Position numbers and translations under genes: made by a program | Source of the DNA: Polyangiaceae bacterium | GTDB lineage: Bacteria > Myxococcota_A > Polyangia > Polyangiales > Polyangiaceae | NCBI GenBank assembly: GCA_033763455.1 | Contig: JANRKO010000023.1 | Location: 32,001-96,000 of the forward strand | Direction of reading: 5' to 3' | DNA: 64,000 nucleotides | The notes under the pieces: model-generated | The model's database searches: none | Told to the model about the DNA's origin: nothing | What the model saw: only the letters and a program-made list of their open reading frames with translations | In this document: positions 1-10,107 of the stretch, piece after piece | Position numbering within the stretch: the stretch's first letter is position 1 | How the letters are laid out: every line of letters begins with the position of its first letter

Positions 1-1915
1 TCTCAAAGTCGGGGTGGCGGGTGCCTCCGTTTTTTCCGGATCGGACAAAGTCACGGTAGGTTACCGGCACATCTAAAGTGGCAGGAAGATCGCTCAGTAC
101 GTCCAAACAGCTGTAGCCAGATTCCACCTTGCAGGTTGAAGAGCAGCCGTCGCCATTGGAGGTATTGCCGTCATCGCATTCCTCCGCATCGTTGGGCAGC
201 TTAATGCCGTCGCCACATTTGGACTGGCACGCGCCTTGCGAACAATCGGGCTCTAGCTGGCAGAAAGGGTTGCAACCGTCGCCGACCACGTTGTTACCGT
301 CGTCGCAGGGCTCCAAGCCTTCCTTCACGCCGTCGTTGCACACCGTGGGCGAACAGACCTGGCCGGGCGTTGGGCATTTGTACCCGGTTTCTAGCTGGCA
401 GATCGCTGAGCAGCCATCGCCACCGCTTGCGTTTCCGTCATCGCAGCCCTCGCTGCCGACCTGGTATCCATCCCCACATTGCTTGGCTCGACAAACGCCG
501 CCGAGCGGGCATTCCCACCCCGGCTCAACCTGGCATGCCGAACAGCCATCACCGGAACTCGCATTGCTGTCGTCACAGGTTTCGCTGCCCGTTACTTTTC
601 CATCGGGGCACACGGCATCCGGTTGGCAAAAAACTCCGGCCGTAGGACACACGAAGTTAGCCTCAACGCTGCACGCGGCCGAACAACCATCACCGTCTCG
701 GGGCGCGCAGGTGCCGCCACCAATCCCCACACAAACTGCCGGATCACTCGCGCAAGATGCTCCGTTTTCACATTGCGAACCGTCGTCACAAACCTCAGCA
801 CGCTGGACGCTCAGCTTGCCGTCGCCACACCACTCTTGGCGAGAACAGAGCTGCCCTGCCACGGGGCATAGGTAGCCCGGAGCCACGGTGCAATCGTTGG
901 CGCAGCCATCGGCTGGGTCATTGTTTCCATCATCACAGAACTCCCCAAAGTTCAGGTTTCCGTCGCCACAACTCCCAACAACGACCGGTTGGCAGGCTCC
1001 TCCTACCCCCAAAGAAGTGGGGCAATTGAAGCCAGGCTCCACCTGCTTGCAATCCGCTGAGCAACCGTCACTTCCCGCAGTGTTATTGTCGTCACACGCT
1101 TCGTCGCCGACGACCTTACCATCGCCACACACGATGGTGCTCACACACGCTTGTCCAGGCACCGGGCACACGGAGAACGACTCGAGCGCGCAGGAGCCCG
1201 TGCAGCCATCGCCCGGTGACGTGTTCCCGTCGTCACACTCCTCGGAGGCCCCCCAATGGCCGTTCCCACAGAACTCGTCGCTCACACACGGAGCACCGGG
1301 GGTGGGGCAGGAAAATCCGGGTTCAAGGGCGCACAGCGCTGAACAACCGTCGCCAGCCGTGGTCCCGCCGTCATCACAGGTCTCACCAGAGTTCACCCTG
1401 TTGTCACCGCAAACACCGGTAACCACTAGGACACAGCCGGAAGGTCCACAACCGTAACCGGGCTCCACGTTGCATGTCGCATCACAACCGTCGCCAGCGC
1501 TGGTATTGTGATCATCGCAGGCTTCGGAGCCTGTGACCGCACCATCACCGCACACAACATTCGAAATGCACGGCTTTCCGGCCTCAGGACAGACGTAGTT
1601 TGGTTCCACGCGACACAAGCCTGAGCAGCCGTCCCCAGGCTTGCCGTTTTGATCGTCGCATTCTTCGCTAGCCTCCACGAGGCCATTACCGCACACAGAG
1701 CTGGGCACCGACTGTCCACCGGCTCCCGCGCAGGCGCCATCGGCACAACCACCTGGGGGAGTGAATCCCGTGAAGTCGAATCCGCTTGAGCTATCGGCGG
1801 GTGGAGCTCCCCCAACCCCCGCGACGAGCGACTCAGGAGTGCTGCCCGATTCACAACGAACGAGTGCGACAACCGTTAGGAACAAACCAACCGAGTAGCC
1901 AAGGACGCGTTTCAC
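1..1915 (-). CDS. Cys-rich repeat (DUF4215/Myxococcus cysteine-rich type) secreted or lipoprotein, running into a probable fibro-slime domain; 3' end lies outside the window
   Basis: Not in the ORF track. Manual translation from GTG at 1915 (GAGGTG RBS upstream) gives MKRVLGYSVGLFLTVVALVRC, then about 11 repeats of CG(D/N)G..EECDDGN..GDGCS..C..EPG..CP, ending at the window edge in VPVTYRDF..HPDFE. The + strand Ser/Pro/Gln-rich ORFs are its antisense shadow. Confidence 0.9.
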   Translation of the reverse strand, partial: MKRVLGYSVGLFLTVVALVRCESGSTPESLVAGVGGAPPADSSSGFDFTGFTPPGGCADGACAGAGGQSVPSSVCGNGLVEASEECDDQNGKPGDGCSGLCRVEPNYVCPEAGKPCISNVVCGDGAVTGSEACDDHNTSAGDGCDATCNVEPGYGCGPSGCVLVVTGVCGDNRVNSGETCDDGGTTAGDGCSALCALEPGFSCPTPGAPCVSDEFCGNGHWGASEECDDGNTSPGDGCTGSCALESFSVCPVPGQACVSTIVCGDGKVVGDEACDDNNTAGSDGCSADCKQVEPGFNCPTSLGVGGACQPVVVGSCGDGNLNFGEFCDDGNNDPADGCANDCTVAPGYLCPVAGQLCSRQEWCGDGKLSVQRAEVCDDGSQCENGASCASDPAVCVGIGGGTCAPRDGDGCSAACSVEANFVCPTAGVFCQPDAVCPDGKVTGSETCDDSNASSGDGCSACQVEPGWECPLGGVCRAKQCGDGYQVGSEGCDDGNASGGDGCSAICQLETGYKCPTPGQVCSPTVCNDGVKEGLEPCDDGNNVVGDGCNPFCQLEPDCSQGACQSKCGDGIKLPNDAEECDDGNTSNGDGCSSTCKVESGYSCLDVLSDLPATLDVPVTYRDFVRSGKNGGTRHPDFE

Positions 1916-1992
1916 TGTAAGTCACCTCAGAGCACAAAGGTGTGCAGGAAGACTTACGGTCTTGGGAGCCTCCAGGTTGAACGCAAAACACG

Positions 1993-2253
1993 CTACTCAA
2001 CTTCAATTTCCACCGTTGCCGGCGTACTCGACGCCTTGGATGTCGGCGCTGGGGCGGCGGTTCGGGGCTGCAGGACGCGCTCTTCCTTGCGTTGGTGAAG
2101 GTTCATTGCGGCGCCAACGGCGAGCACGAGAGCAATAATTGCGAAGCACACACCTGCCACCGATACCGCGAGCAGCGTTCGGTGTGTGTCCAGCTGCAGA
2201 AAGACGGGAGGTTCACGCTGGTATTGCCGGGGTGGCTTCGGCTGCTTAGCCAT
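1993..2253 (-). CDS. Small single-pass membrane protein, hypothetical
   Basis: ATG at 2253 (MAKQPKPP..) and one long hydrophobic stretch LLAVSVAGVCFAIIALVLAVGAAM. Confidence 0.55.
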   Translation of the reverse strand: MAKQPKPPRQYQREPPVFLQLDTHRTLLAVSVAGVCFAIIALVLAVGAAMNLHQRKEERVLQPRTAAPAPTSKASSTPATVEIEVE

Positions 2254-2395
2254 GGCGTGAAGCCTCGGTCGCGACGGACCCACACGTCAAGCGGGAGACC
2301 GAACGGGAACGTTGGGGAGTCGACAATGGTAGGGATTCGGGCCGGGATCCCGCGCCGTGCTTGTAGATTCGGCGATTTCTGCGAGAACACCCGAT

Positions 2396-2830
2396 ATGTT
2401 AGTCGATGAAATCAAGAAGCAGATGTTCGCCGCCATGAAGGCGAATCAAACCACGGAGAAGGAAATCCTCCGCGTTGCCGTGGGTGAGCTCCAAACGGTG
2501 CAGTCCCGCAGCGAGACGCCGCTGAGTGACGAAGATGCGCTCAGTGTGCTGAGAAAGCTCGTGAAATCCAACGAGGAGTCCTTAGCTTCCACGACAAGCG
2601 ATTCCGAGCGCGCGGTGCTCTTGCGCGAAATTGAAGTCTTGCGCACATTTTTGCCCACTTCTTTGACTCTCGATCAGATAAAGGCTGCGCTCGAACCCGT
2701 GTTAGCGGCCATCCGTGCGGCGAGCGGGGATGGTTCTGCCGTAGGTGTTGCCATGAAGCAGCTCAAGGCTGTGGACGCCCGTGTTGATGGAAAAGACGTC
2801 GCGTTGGCCGTTAAGCAACTGAGAAGCTAG
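2396..2830 (+). CDS. GatB/YqeY domain protein
   Basis: MLVDEIKKQMFAAMKA...LRKLVKSNEES...REIEVLRTFLP..L...G.AMKQLK...DGKDV is the YqeY pattern; ATG at 2396 preferred. Confidence 0.85.
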   Translation: MLVDEIKKQMFAAMKANQTTEKEILRVAVGELQTVQSRSETPLSDEDALSVLRKLVKSNEESLASTTSDSERAVLLREIEVLRTFLPTSLTLDQIKAALEPVLAAIRAASGDGSAVGVAMKQLKAVDARVDGKDVALAVKQLRS

Positions 2831-2939
2831 CCCGCTCCCTCATAGCAATCGACCGACCGACCGCACTTGGTACTTTCCGGTTTCATGAGCGTTTGGCCTT
2901 GTCGCGAGCGACCCATGAGTCTCCGTTTACCCACACTCG

Positions 2940-3611
2940 GTGCGGACCAAAACGTTCACGTTGGAGGTACAACCCGGATCGCAATGCCCGACCTGGCCAG
3001 TTAAGTGCGCGGATCTGGTGGACGTAGGGGGCGAGGCACGCTTCCTGCTTCTTAAAAGTCTCGACAGGAGCACCACTATGCCCCGCCACGACACCGAAGA
3101 CGAAAGAATGATCCACGAACTCGTGCCCACGAGCCGTGACCTTTATCAGGCCCGCGAAACACGTGTTCCTGTGCAGCTGGAGTCAGCGACAGGGCGGATT
3201 TTAGCCACCACGATTCAGATCTCGCTGGAGGGCATGAAAGTCGAGCTCGGTGAGCCGACCATGCCGGAGGGTGAAGTAAGCGTGTACTGTGAGCTCCCTG
3301 GCGTACGTGCTTCTCTCGAGGGACGAGCAGTTGTGGAGCGCGTTGCGGGGTTAACCTGGAGCCTCCGCTTCACACACTTGACACCTCAGTCTGCACTGGC
3401 GGTTCGCGCACTCACACGAGCTGAGCGCGTGCGGCGTTCTCCTTCCACGGCAAGTCTCACGGCGATCACGCTTGAGGATATCCAACAGGCAGAGGCCTCC
3501 AAAAAGCCGACGAGCGCGATGCCCCGCCCCTCTATCACGCTCTCTCAGATGCGCGCGACATCCCTCCCTGCAGCTTTAGCTGCAGACCCCAATCACCGAA
3601 ACACGGGCTAA
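2940..3611 (+). CDS. PilZ-like domain protein (degenerate motifs; start uncertain)
   Basis: RETRVPV..QISLEGM..V..ELPG..LEGRAVV.R..SLRF fits a PilZ beta-barrel; RxxxR and DxSxxG motifs are imperfect. Confidence 0.55.
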   Translation: MRTKTFTLEVQPGSQCPTWPVKCADLVDVGGEARFLLLKSLDRSTTMPRHDTEDERMIHELVPTSRDLYQARETRVPVQLESATGRILATTIQISLEGMKVELGEPTMPEGEVSVYCELPGVRASLEGRAVVERVAGLTWSLRFTHLTPQSALAVRALTRAERVRRSPSTASLTAITLEDIQQAEASKKPTSAMPRPSITLSQMRATSLPAALAADPNHRNTG

Positions 3612-3689
3612 AGGGGCCAGGGAGCCAGATCTCAGGCGTCCGCTGGCCACGGATAGACGGCGGCTGCCTTTTGGCCGACGCTCGCCAGC

Positions 3690-4706
3690 ATGAAGGTATT
3701 GGTCATTGGTGGAACGGGCAACATCAGCCGTGGGATCGTACATGCAGCCCTCATAGCCGGGCACGAGGTGAGCATCTTCACGCGGGGAACCAATTACGAC
3801 GCACCGCCCGAAGGCGTGCGCCACATAGTAGGCGACCGCAAAGACCGTGCAACTTTTGAATCCAAGTTTTCTTCCGAACGCTTCGATGCAGTCTTCGACA
3901 TGATTTCTTTTACCGCAGAGGATGCGGCCTCTGCACTCCGGGCATTTCGAGGACGAGTTGAACACTTCGTACATTGCTCCACAGTAATGACGTATGGCGC
4001 GCCTTTCCCCAATAACGGCGTCAACATCGACGAATCCGCACCGTTGCAAGGCAGCTCCGAATACGGGCTTGGCAAAATCGCCGCCGATAGGTTGTTGCTC
4101 AAAGCGCATGCGGAAGAAGGCTTCCCGGTAACCGTGATGAAGCCGTCTTATACTCACGGGCCCGGCAATCCGCTCTACCGTCAAGTTGGCGGCAGCACGC
4201 GCTGGCTAAGCCGAATGCGTGAAGGTAAACCGATCTTGTCCGCAGGCGATGGGCTCAACTACTTCCAGTACCTAGCCTCCAAAGATGCAGGTTTTGGGTT
4301 TGTTGGGGTATTGGGCAAAAAGCACTGCATCGGTGAAACCTATAATATCGTCCACCCACAGCCGCGAACTTGGGACGAGTGGCAACGCACCGCAGCCGCC
4401 GCCATGGGCGTTGAGGCCAAGCTGGTGCATGTTTCGCAAGACACCCTGGTGGCGCTCGACAAAGAACGTTTTGGGGGCATGGCGGGCTGCTTCGGGCATC
4501 ACCAGGTTTTTCGGCACGAGAAGTTGATGCGCGACGTACCCGAATTCAATCCCCGCACGCCGCTCGTAGAAAGCATGCGAGAAGTGATCGAGTGGATGGA
4601 TAGACATTCACTAATCGAACAAAAGGACGACTCCGATCTCGAAGATCGCATCATTTCGGCAATCACTGACCTGCCCAAGCGGTTTCACGCCACCACGCCA
4701 GCATGA
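3690..4706 (+). CDS. NAD-dependent epimerase/dehydratase family (extended SDR)
   Basis: N-terminal GGTGNIS Rossmann motif and YGLGK (YxxxK). Confidence 0.85.
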   Translation: MKVLVIGGTGNISRGIVHAALIAGHEVSIFTRGTNYDAPPEGVRHIVGDRKDRATFESKFSSERFDAVFDMISFTAEDAASALRAFRGRVEHFVHCSTVMTYGAPFPNNGVNIDESAPLQGSSEYGLGKIAADRLLLKAHAEEGFPVTVMKPSYTHGPGNPLYRQVGGSTRWLSRMREGKPILSAGDGLNYFQYLASKDAGFGFVGVLGKKHCIGETYNIVHPQPRTWDEWQRTAAAAMGVEAKLVHVSQDTLVALDKERFGGMAGCFGHHQVFRHEKLMRDVPEFNPRTPLVESMREVIEWMDRHSLIEQKDDSDLEDRIISAITDLPKRFHATTPA

Positions 4707-4733
4707 CGGTCAACGGAACCTAAGGAACCCGCG

Positions 4734-6002
4734 GTGTCGCCACCACTCTCTGAACCCCGCCTATTCCTGCGGTCTCTTTTCGATGCCGCGGTGAACGCCG
4801 CTCAACCGGAGCGCACCCTCGCAGCGTTTCTGCCACCACGCCCTTCGGGTCGGTTGATAGTAGTCGGCGCCGGCAAAGCCGCTGCCAGCATGGCTCGCGC
4901 TACTGAAGCCCACTACGGCACGGGGCTTTCGGGCCTGGTCATCACACGCTACGGCTACTCCCAACCGACGCACCACATTGAAGTCATCGAAGCTAGCCAC
5001 CCTGTGCCGGATCTCGCCGGCGTTCGGGCCACCCAGCGTCTGTTAGCCGCGGTCAGCAACCTCACGCCTCAAGATCTAGTAATTTTCCTTATTTCGGGGG
5101 GAGCTTCGGCGTTATTGTGCGCACCAGCGCAGGGGATCTCGTTGGAGGAGAAGCAGGAGTTAACGCGCGCGCTGCTGCGTTCGGGCGCACCCATCAGCGA
5201 AGTGAATTCGGTGCGTAAAGCCCTCTCTTTGGTAAAGGGCGGGCGTTTGGCCGAAGCCATAGCGCCAGCGCAGTTAGTAACCTTAGCCATTTCGGATGTT
5301 GCTGGCGATATTCCGAGTGCGATCGGTTCAGGGCCTACGGTGCTCGGCGACGTTGAACAGGGCGTTGTGGGATCTGCCGCGCAGTCGATATTGGTGAAGT
5401 ACGGCATTGTGCCAAGCGAAGCCGTACAGCGCGCTCTTGAGCGAACTCAGCCAATTGCGGCGCTGCCCGCGAACCAGAGTTTCCACATCGTGGCCAGCGC
5501 GGAGCAATCCCTACAAGCCGCTAAGAAAGCGTCGCTGAATCTGGGCATCCCCTGCGCCATTTTATCGGATCGTTTGGAGGGTGAAGCGCGAGAGGTTGCC
5601 AAAGTGCTCGCAGCACTCGCACGACGATCAGCAGAACAAGACGAGCCATTTTCAGCGCCAAGGGTGCTACTTTCCGGCGGGGAAACAACCGTCACGCTTC
5701 GTGGGGAAGGGCGGGGAGGCCCCAATACCGAGCTCTTGCTGTCGATGGCTATCGAGCTGAGGGAGCAGGCGGGGGTCTACGCATTAAGCGGCGATACAGA
5801 TGGAATCGACGGCAGCGAAAGCAACGCGGGCGCCATCATCACGCCCGATACCCTGCGGCGGGCACATGCCCTCGGGCTTAACCCGAAGACGTATCTCGAC
5901 CGCAACGATGCTTACGGCTTCTTCAACGCCTTGGGTGATTTGGTGGAGACCGGCCCGACGTATACGAATGTGAACGATTTTCGGGCGATCTTGATTACCT
6001 AA
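4734..6002 (+). CDS. Glycerate 2-kinase (MOFRL/TtuD family)
   Basis: GAGKAA, ASHPVPD, ISGGASAL, SGGETTV, DTDGIDG, TGPTYTNVNDF motifs. Confidence 0.92.
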   Translation: MSPPLSEPRLFLRSLFDAAVNAAQPERTLAAFLPPRPSGRLIVVGAGKAAASMARATEAHYGTGLSGLVITRYGYSQPTHHIEVIEASHPVPDLAGVRATQRLLAAVSNLTPQDLVIFLISGGASALLCAPAQGISLEEKQELTRALLRSGAPISEVNSVRKALSLVKGGRLAEAIAPAQLVTLAISDVAGDIPSAIGSGPTVLGDVEQGVVGSAAQSILVKYGIVPSEAVQRALERTQPIAALPANQSFHIVASAEQSLQAAKKASLNLGIPCAILSDRLEGEAREVAKVLAALARRSAEQDEPFSAPRVLLSGGETTVTLRGEGRGGPNTELLLSMAIELREQAGVYALSGDTDGIDGSESNAGAIITPDTLRRAHALGLNPKTYLDRNDAYGFFNALGDLVETGPTYTNVNDFRAILIT

Positions 6003-6111
6003 CCCGAACATTAGATGTGGAGCGCATACGGCCTGGGGAGGCTCTTCAGATAACCGATTCCCCCCACACAGCTTTGGCCCAAAGGGGCGCGACGGCACAA
6101 GCTAAGCGTGT

Positions 6112-7971
6112 TCAAAGTTGATCGAGGTTGCGCACTGCACCTTGAGCGGCACTTGTTGTCATCATCGCGTAAGCGCGAAGCGCCACCGAAACCTGACGCT
6201 CACGGTCTGGCTGGAAGGCGCGAGCACCCTTAGCGAGCATGTTCGCTCGGCGTGCAGTCAGCGTGGCTTCGTCGACAGCCACACGAATTGAGCGCGACGG
6301 AATATCGATTTCAATCGTATCCCCTTCCTCAACGAGGGCAATCGGCCCACCGCTCGCGGCTTCCGGCGACACATGCCCGATGCTCAGCCCACTGGTGCCG
6401 CCACTGAATCGCCCATCCGTGATGAGAGCGCAGGCTTTACCAAGGCCTTTCCCTTTGAGAAAAGAGGTCGGGTAAAGCATTTCCTGCATACCCGGACCAC
6501 CTTTGGGCCCCTCGTAAACAATCACTACCACGTCCCCCGCAACAATCTTGTCGCCGACAATAGCGTCGCACGCCGCATCCTGGGAGTGGAAAACCCGCGC
6601 CGGCCCGCTGAACTTCAAAATAGAGGCATCCACACCGGCCGTTTTCACGATGCAGCCTTCCGGTGCCAAATTTCCGTAGAGAACGGCCAACCCACCATCC
6701 TGGCTGTAGGCGTGTTCGGCTTCTCGAATGCACCCCTTCTCCGCATCGTTGTCGGGCTCGGCGAAGTACTTGTCTTGGGAAAAAGCCACGGTGGTACGCA
6801 CTCCGCCGGGAGCCGCCAAGGCTCGACGCTTAGCTTGAGCACTCACGCTTGAGCTTCTTAGATCGTGCTCGCTGAGAGCTGCTTCGAGCGATGGGCTATG
6901 AACCGTGTGGACGTTCTTATTCAAAAGCCCGGCACGGTTGAGGGCACCCAAGATCGTAAAGATGCCTCCGGCACGGTGCACATCTTCTACATGGTAGTCT
7001 GAAGAAGGCGCCACTTTGCAGAGGTTTGGCACCTTGCGGGACATTCTATCGATGTCTTTCATCGTGAAATTGACACCCGCTTCATGGGCGATTGCCAGAA
7101 TGTGCAGCACCGTGTTGGTAGAGCCTCCCATGGCAATATCGAGCGCCATGGCGTTCTCAAAAGCCTCAAAAGTACCAATGCTCCGCGGCAGGACGCTGTT
7201 ATCCCCCTGCAAGTAGTGGCGGCGCGCTAAATCCACGATGCGCTTGCCTGCGCTCTCAAACAACTCCCACCGCAAGGCATGCGTGGCCAAGATCGTGCCG
7301 TTGCCAGGAAGTGCCAGGCCAATCGCCTCATTCAAACAGTTCATGCTGTTGGCGGTGAACATGCCAGAGCACGAGCCGCACGTCGGGCAGGCGCTGCGCT
7401 CAATCTCCAGGAGCGCTTCATCCGAAACGCGAGCGTCACTTGAGTAAATCATTGAGTCGATCAAATCGAGCTTGCGCTTGAGCGGATTCCCATCGCGATC
7501 GTGGGTGCCGGTGGATTTGCCGGCTTCCATGGGGCCCCCGGACACAAAGATGGTGGGGATATTGAGGCGCATGGCGGCCATCAACATGCCTGGAGTGATC
7601 TTGTCGCAGTTGGAGATGCAAATCAGAGCATCGGCAACGTGCGCCTGCACCATGTACTCCACACTATCCGCAATAAGATCTCGACTCGGCAGCGAATAGA
7701 GCATCCCACCGTGCCCCATCGCGATACCATCATCGACAGCAATGGTGTTGAATTCCACGCCCCAACCCCCAGCAGCATCCACCACCTTCTTCACGCGCTG
7801 ACCGACATCGTGCAGATGCACGTGCCCAGGCACGAACTGGGTGAAGCTATTCGCAATAGCCACAATGGGTTTCTCAAAATCCCCATCGGTCATACCGGTA
7901 GCGCGCCAGAGCGCGCGGGCACCAGACATGTTACGGCCGTGGGTAGTAGTGCGACTGCGAAATCCTGACAT
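6112..7971 (-). CDS. ilvD: Dihydroxy-acid dehydratase
   Basis: [54 protein letters not shown]. Confidence 0.97.
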   Translation of the reverse strand: MSGFRSRTTTHGRNMSGARALWRATGMTDGDFEKPIVAIANSFTQFVPGHVHLHDVGQRVKKVVDAAGGWGVEFNTIAVDDGIAMGHGGMLYSLPSRDLIADSVEYMVQAHVADALICISNCDKITPGMLMAAMRLNIPTIFVSGGPMEAGKSTGTHDRDGNPLKRKLDLIDSMIYSSDARVSDEALLEIERSACPTCGSCSGMFTANSMNCLNEAIGLALPGNGTILATHALRWELFESAGKRIVDLARRHYLQGDNSVLPRSIGTFEAFENAMALDIAMGGSTNTVLHILAIAHEAGVNFTMKDIDRMSRKVPNLCKVAPSSDYHVEDVHRAGGIFTILGALNRAGLLNKNVHTVHSPSLEAALSEHDLRSSSVSAQAKRRALAAPGGVRTTVAFSQDKYFAEPDNDAEKGCIREAEHAYSQDGGLAVLYGNLAPEGCIVKTAGVDASILKFSGPARVFHSQDAACDAIVGDKIVAGDVVVIVYEGPKGGPGMQEMLYPTSFLKGKGLGKACALITDGRFSGGTSGLSIGHVSPEAASGGPIALVEEGDTIEIDIPSRSIRVAVDEATLTARRANMLAKGARAFQPDRERQVSVALRAYAMMTTSAAQGAVRNLDQL

Positions 7972-8077
7972 GCCCGGGCTTCTAGCACCTCCCCCGGGGA
8001 AGTCGCAAAGGCCCTACGAGCAACGCTCTTGAGCGCTCTACGTACCGCCTCCCGCGCGTCCGAACCGCCTACCCGCT

Positions 8078-8137
8078 CAACCTACGATCTGAACGCCCAA
8101 CCTACGATCTGAACGACACCGCCCAACCTACGATCTG
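8078..8137. repeat. Three direct copies of CAACCTACGATCTG
   Basis: Exact 14-mers at 8078-8091, 8098-8111 and 8124-8137. Confidence 0.9.
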
Positions 8138-8170
8138 GCAAGGACCGAACAGGGGTCTCCGAGCACAAGA

Positions 8171-8334
8171 AGGAATACTTAGCATGCAAAGTATTCCTGT
8201 GCATCGCTGGAAGGCACTACCGCTCATGCATATTCGCTGCGCGCAGCCGACACGCCGTTGAAAGCTCTTCGTAGTTTTACCCACTACTTAGCATGCGAAG
8301 TATTCCTGTTGTTCGCTGGAGGGCACCACCTCTC
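8171..8334. repeat. Imperfect 50-bp direct repeat pair with a palindromic core
   Basis: 8176-8225 vs 8285-8334 match at 43/50; 8171-8198 AGGAATACTT-AGCATGCA-AAGTATTCCT is a near-perfect palindrome. Confidence 0.85.
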
Positions 8335-8370
8335 TCGAACGTGGCTCAGCACCTGGGCCTTGGCCGGAAC

Positions 8371-8871
8371 CTACGTGGGCGGTAATAGGCGCCGTGTGAA
8401 GGCGCGTTCTAGCTCGATACGCGCCGCATCCACACGCGCTGTTTCGGCCTGAGGAGTCCACGATTGATCGGGTTCAAGCCGATAGCTGTTCACATATTCG
8501 TGCGGCGGTGCCCCACCGTGATCTTCGGGAGAAAGCATTGAAAAATACAACGAATTATCTATACGCCGGTACAAGTGATAGACGCGGCCCACGGTGCGCT
8601 TGAAGTTGCAAGCGGCCTGGTGAAGATCCAGATCAGCCTTAGCCTTCTGCAGGATCTCCTGTGCCTCAGCTTGCAGCGCGCGCATCTGGTCGAGAATCAC
8701 TTGGAGCCGCGCTCCGGCGTGAGAGCTGACGCTCTGAGATGCGAGCTCAAGCTCCTGGGCGATATTTACCAGCGAGATCGGAGCCTGTAGGCGACTTGTT
8801 GGATAAGGAGCGCTATTGGCCTGCCCTTGATGATTACCCCCGCTGTAGCGACTCTCCTCACTGCCGGACAT
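8371..8871 (-). CDS. DUF2452-like protein
   Basis: Coiled segment followed by H.A.CNF....G.VYHLY.R......FSMLSPE......SYRLEPDQSW. Confidence 0.75.
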   Translation of the reverse strand: MSGSEESRYSGGNHQGQANSAPYPTSRLQAPISLVNIAQELELASQSVSSHAGARLQVILDQMRALQAEAQEILQKAKADLDLHQAACNFKRTVGRVYHLYRRIDNSLYFSMLSPEDHGGAPPHEYVNSYRLEPDQSWTPQAETARVDAARIELERAFTRRLLPPT

Positions 8872-9052
8872 ATGGGGGTGTGTCTAACTCGCCGCACCGC
8901 GGATGCAAGCTCCGACTATTTTACCCGGCGCGCCGGCAAAGCCCGGGTGTAGTGCACACTCACGCGGTCACTCAGGGTGGGGGGCCGCGTGAACTCGCCG
9001 CTCACTTTTCCCCGGGATTTTGGGGGTGACTTGACGCTGGCCCCAGCCTGAC

Positions 9053-9072
9053 GCATCCATACATCCGGATTG
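9053..9072 (+). promoter_or_regulatory. Candidate SahR autoregulatory operator
   Basis: GCATCCATACATCCGGATTG (ATCC-N8-GGAT) directly abuts the ATG at 9073; TTGACG -35-like hexamer at 9031-9036. Confidence 0.5.
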
Positions 9073-10083
9073 ATGAATGGTTCCTTTGACGCTGTATTGA
9101 GCTGGATGTCAGCTCTCTCGGAGCCTGCCCGGGTGCGGGTCTTGCGTTTGGTTGAGCAGCATGAGCTCAGCGTCGCCGAGCTTTGCCAGGTCCTACAGCT
9201 CCCACAATCCACGACTAGCCGACATCTGAAGCACCTCTGCGATGAGGGGTGGCTTGAGCCCCGAAAGGATGGGCGCAATCGCTACTATCGGATGCGTCGC
9301 TCGCAACTTGGGTCCCCTGCTAGGAAATTTTGGAAGCTGGTGCGTGAGCAATTCGACGAGGACGCGAGCAGCCATGAAGACGACGCTCGGCTTGAGCGGG
9401 TGATGCAAGAACGGCAAACTCAGAGCCAGGCATTTTTTGCGAGCAGCGCGGGCCGTTGGGACAAGCTCCGTTCCGAGCTTTTCGGCGAGCACGTGGCGCT
9501 CACCGCGATTGGCGCCCTATTGCAAGACCAAGTAGTCGCCGATTTGGGCTGCGGCACCGGCCAGCTACTGGAGCTCATTGCGCCTTTTTGCGAACACGCT
9601 TTTGGAGTCGATCAGTCCGCGGCGATGATCAAAAGTGCTCGGCAAAGGTTGAAGAGCCTCTCCAAGGTTACGCTCCTTCGCACCTCCCTCGAAGAACTGC
9701 CACTTGAAGAAGCCTCACTCGACACAGCCCTCATGGTCCTGGTGCTGCACCATCTCCCGCAACCAACCCAAACTCTCGCTGAAGCCTTGCGCGCGCTCCG
9801 CCCGGGTGGGCGCCTGATTGTGCTCGATATGCAGGCCCACGAGCGCGAAGATTACCGCCAACAAATGGGCCATATTTGGCTTGGTTTCAGCGCTGAACAG
9901 TTGCGCTCTTGGTTCACCGAAGTGGGCTTTGCTCGCTTCACTTACACCCCCTTTTCCCCCAACCCGAACGCAAAGGGGCCCTCCCTTTTTGTTGGGGTCG
10001 GATACAAAACCGCATCTGCTGGCGCTTCTGGCTTGGGCTTCTCTAAGCCTCAATCAGAACGCCAGCGGGGCACTCTCAATTGA
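9073..10083 (+). CDS. sahR: ArsR-family HTH fused to class I SAM-binding methyltransferase domain (SahR-type regulator)
   Basis: ALSEPARVRVL..ELSVAELCQVLQLPQSTTSRHLK HTH plus VADLGCGTG SAM motif; immediately upstream of ahcY. Confidence 0.85.
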   Translation: MNGSFDAVLSWMSALSEPARVRVLRLVEQHELSVAELCQVLQLPQSTTSRHLKHLCDEGWLEPRKDGRNRYYRMRRSQLGSPARKFWKLVREQFDEDASSHEDDARLERVMQERQTQSQAFFASSAGRWDKLRSELFGEHVALTAIGALLQDQVVADLGCGTGQLLELIAPFCEHAFGVDQSAAMIKSARQRLKSLSKVTLLRTSLEELPLEEASLDTALMVLVLHHLPQPTQTLAEALRALRPGGRLIVLDMQAHEREDYRQQMGHIWLGFSAEQLRSWFTEVGFARFTYTPFSPNPNAKGPSLFVGVGYKTASAGASGLGFSKPQSERQRGTLN

Positions 10084-10107
10084 ACAAGAAGAAACGAGGC
10101 ATGCACC

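Noticed and set aside
129..1457. Long + strand ORFs rich in S/Q/P (EQPSP repeats)
   Set aside because: Antisense shadow of the minus-strand Cys-repeat gene (GDGCS reads as EQPSP).
8102..8284. Possible ilvD attenuator leader peptide
   Set aside because: Not enriched in Ile/Leu/Val runs and no terminator/antiterminator pair seen.
8078..8334. Possible degenerate CRISPR array
   Set aside because: Only two 50-bp or three 14-bp copies, spacer lengths do not fit, and there are no cas genes in the window.
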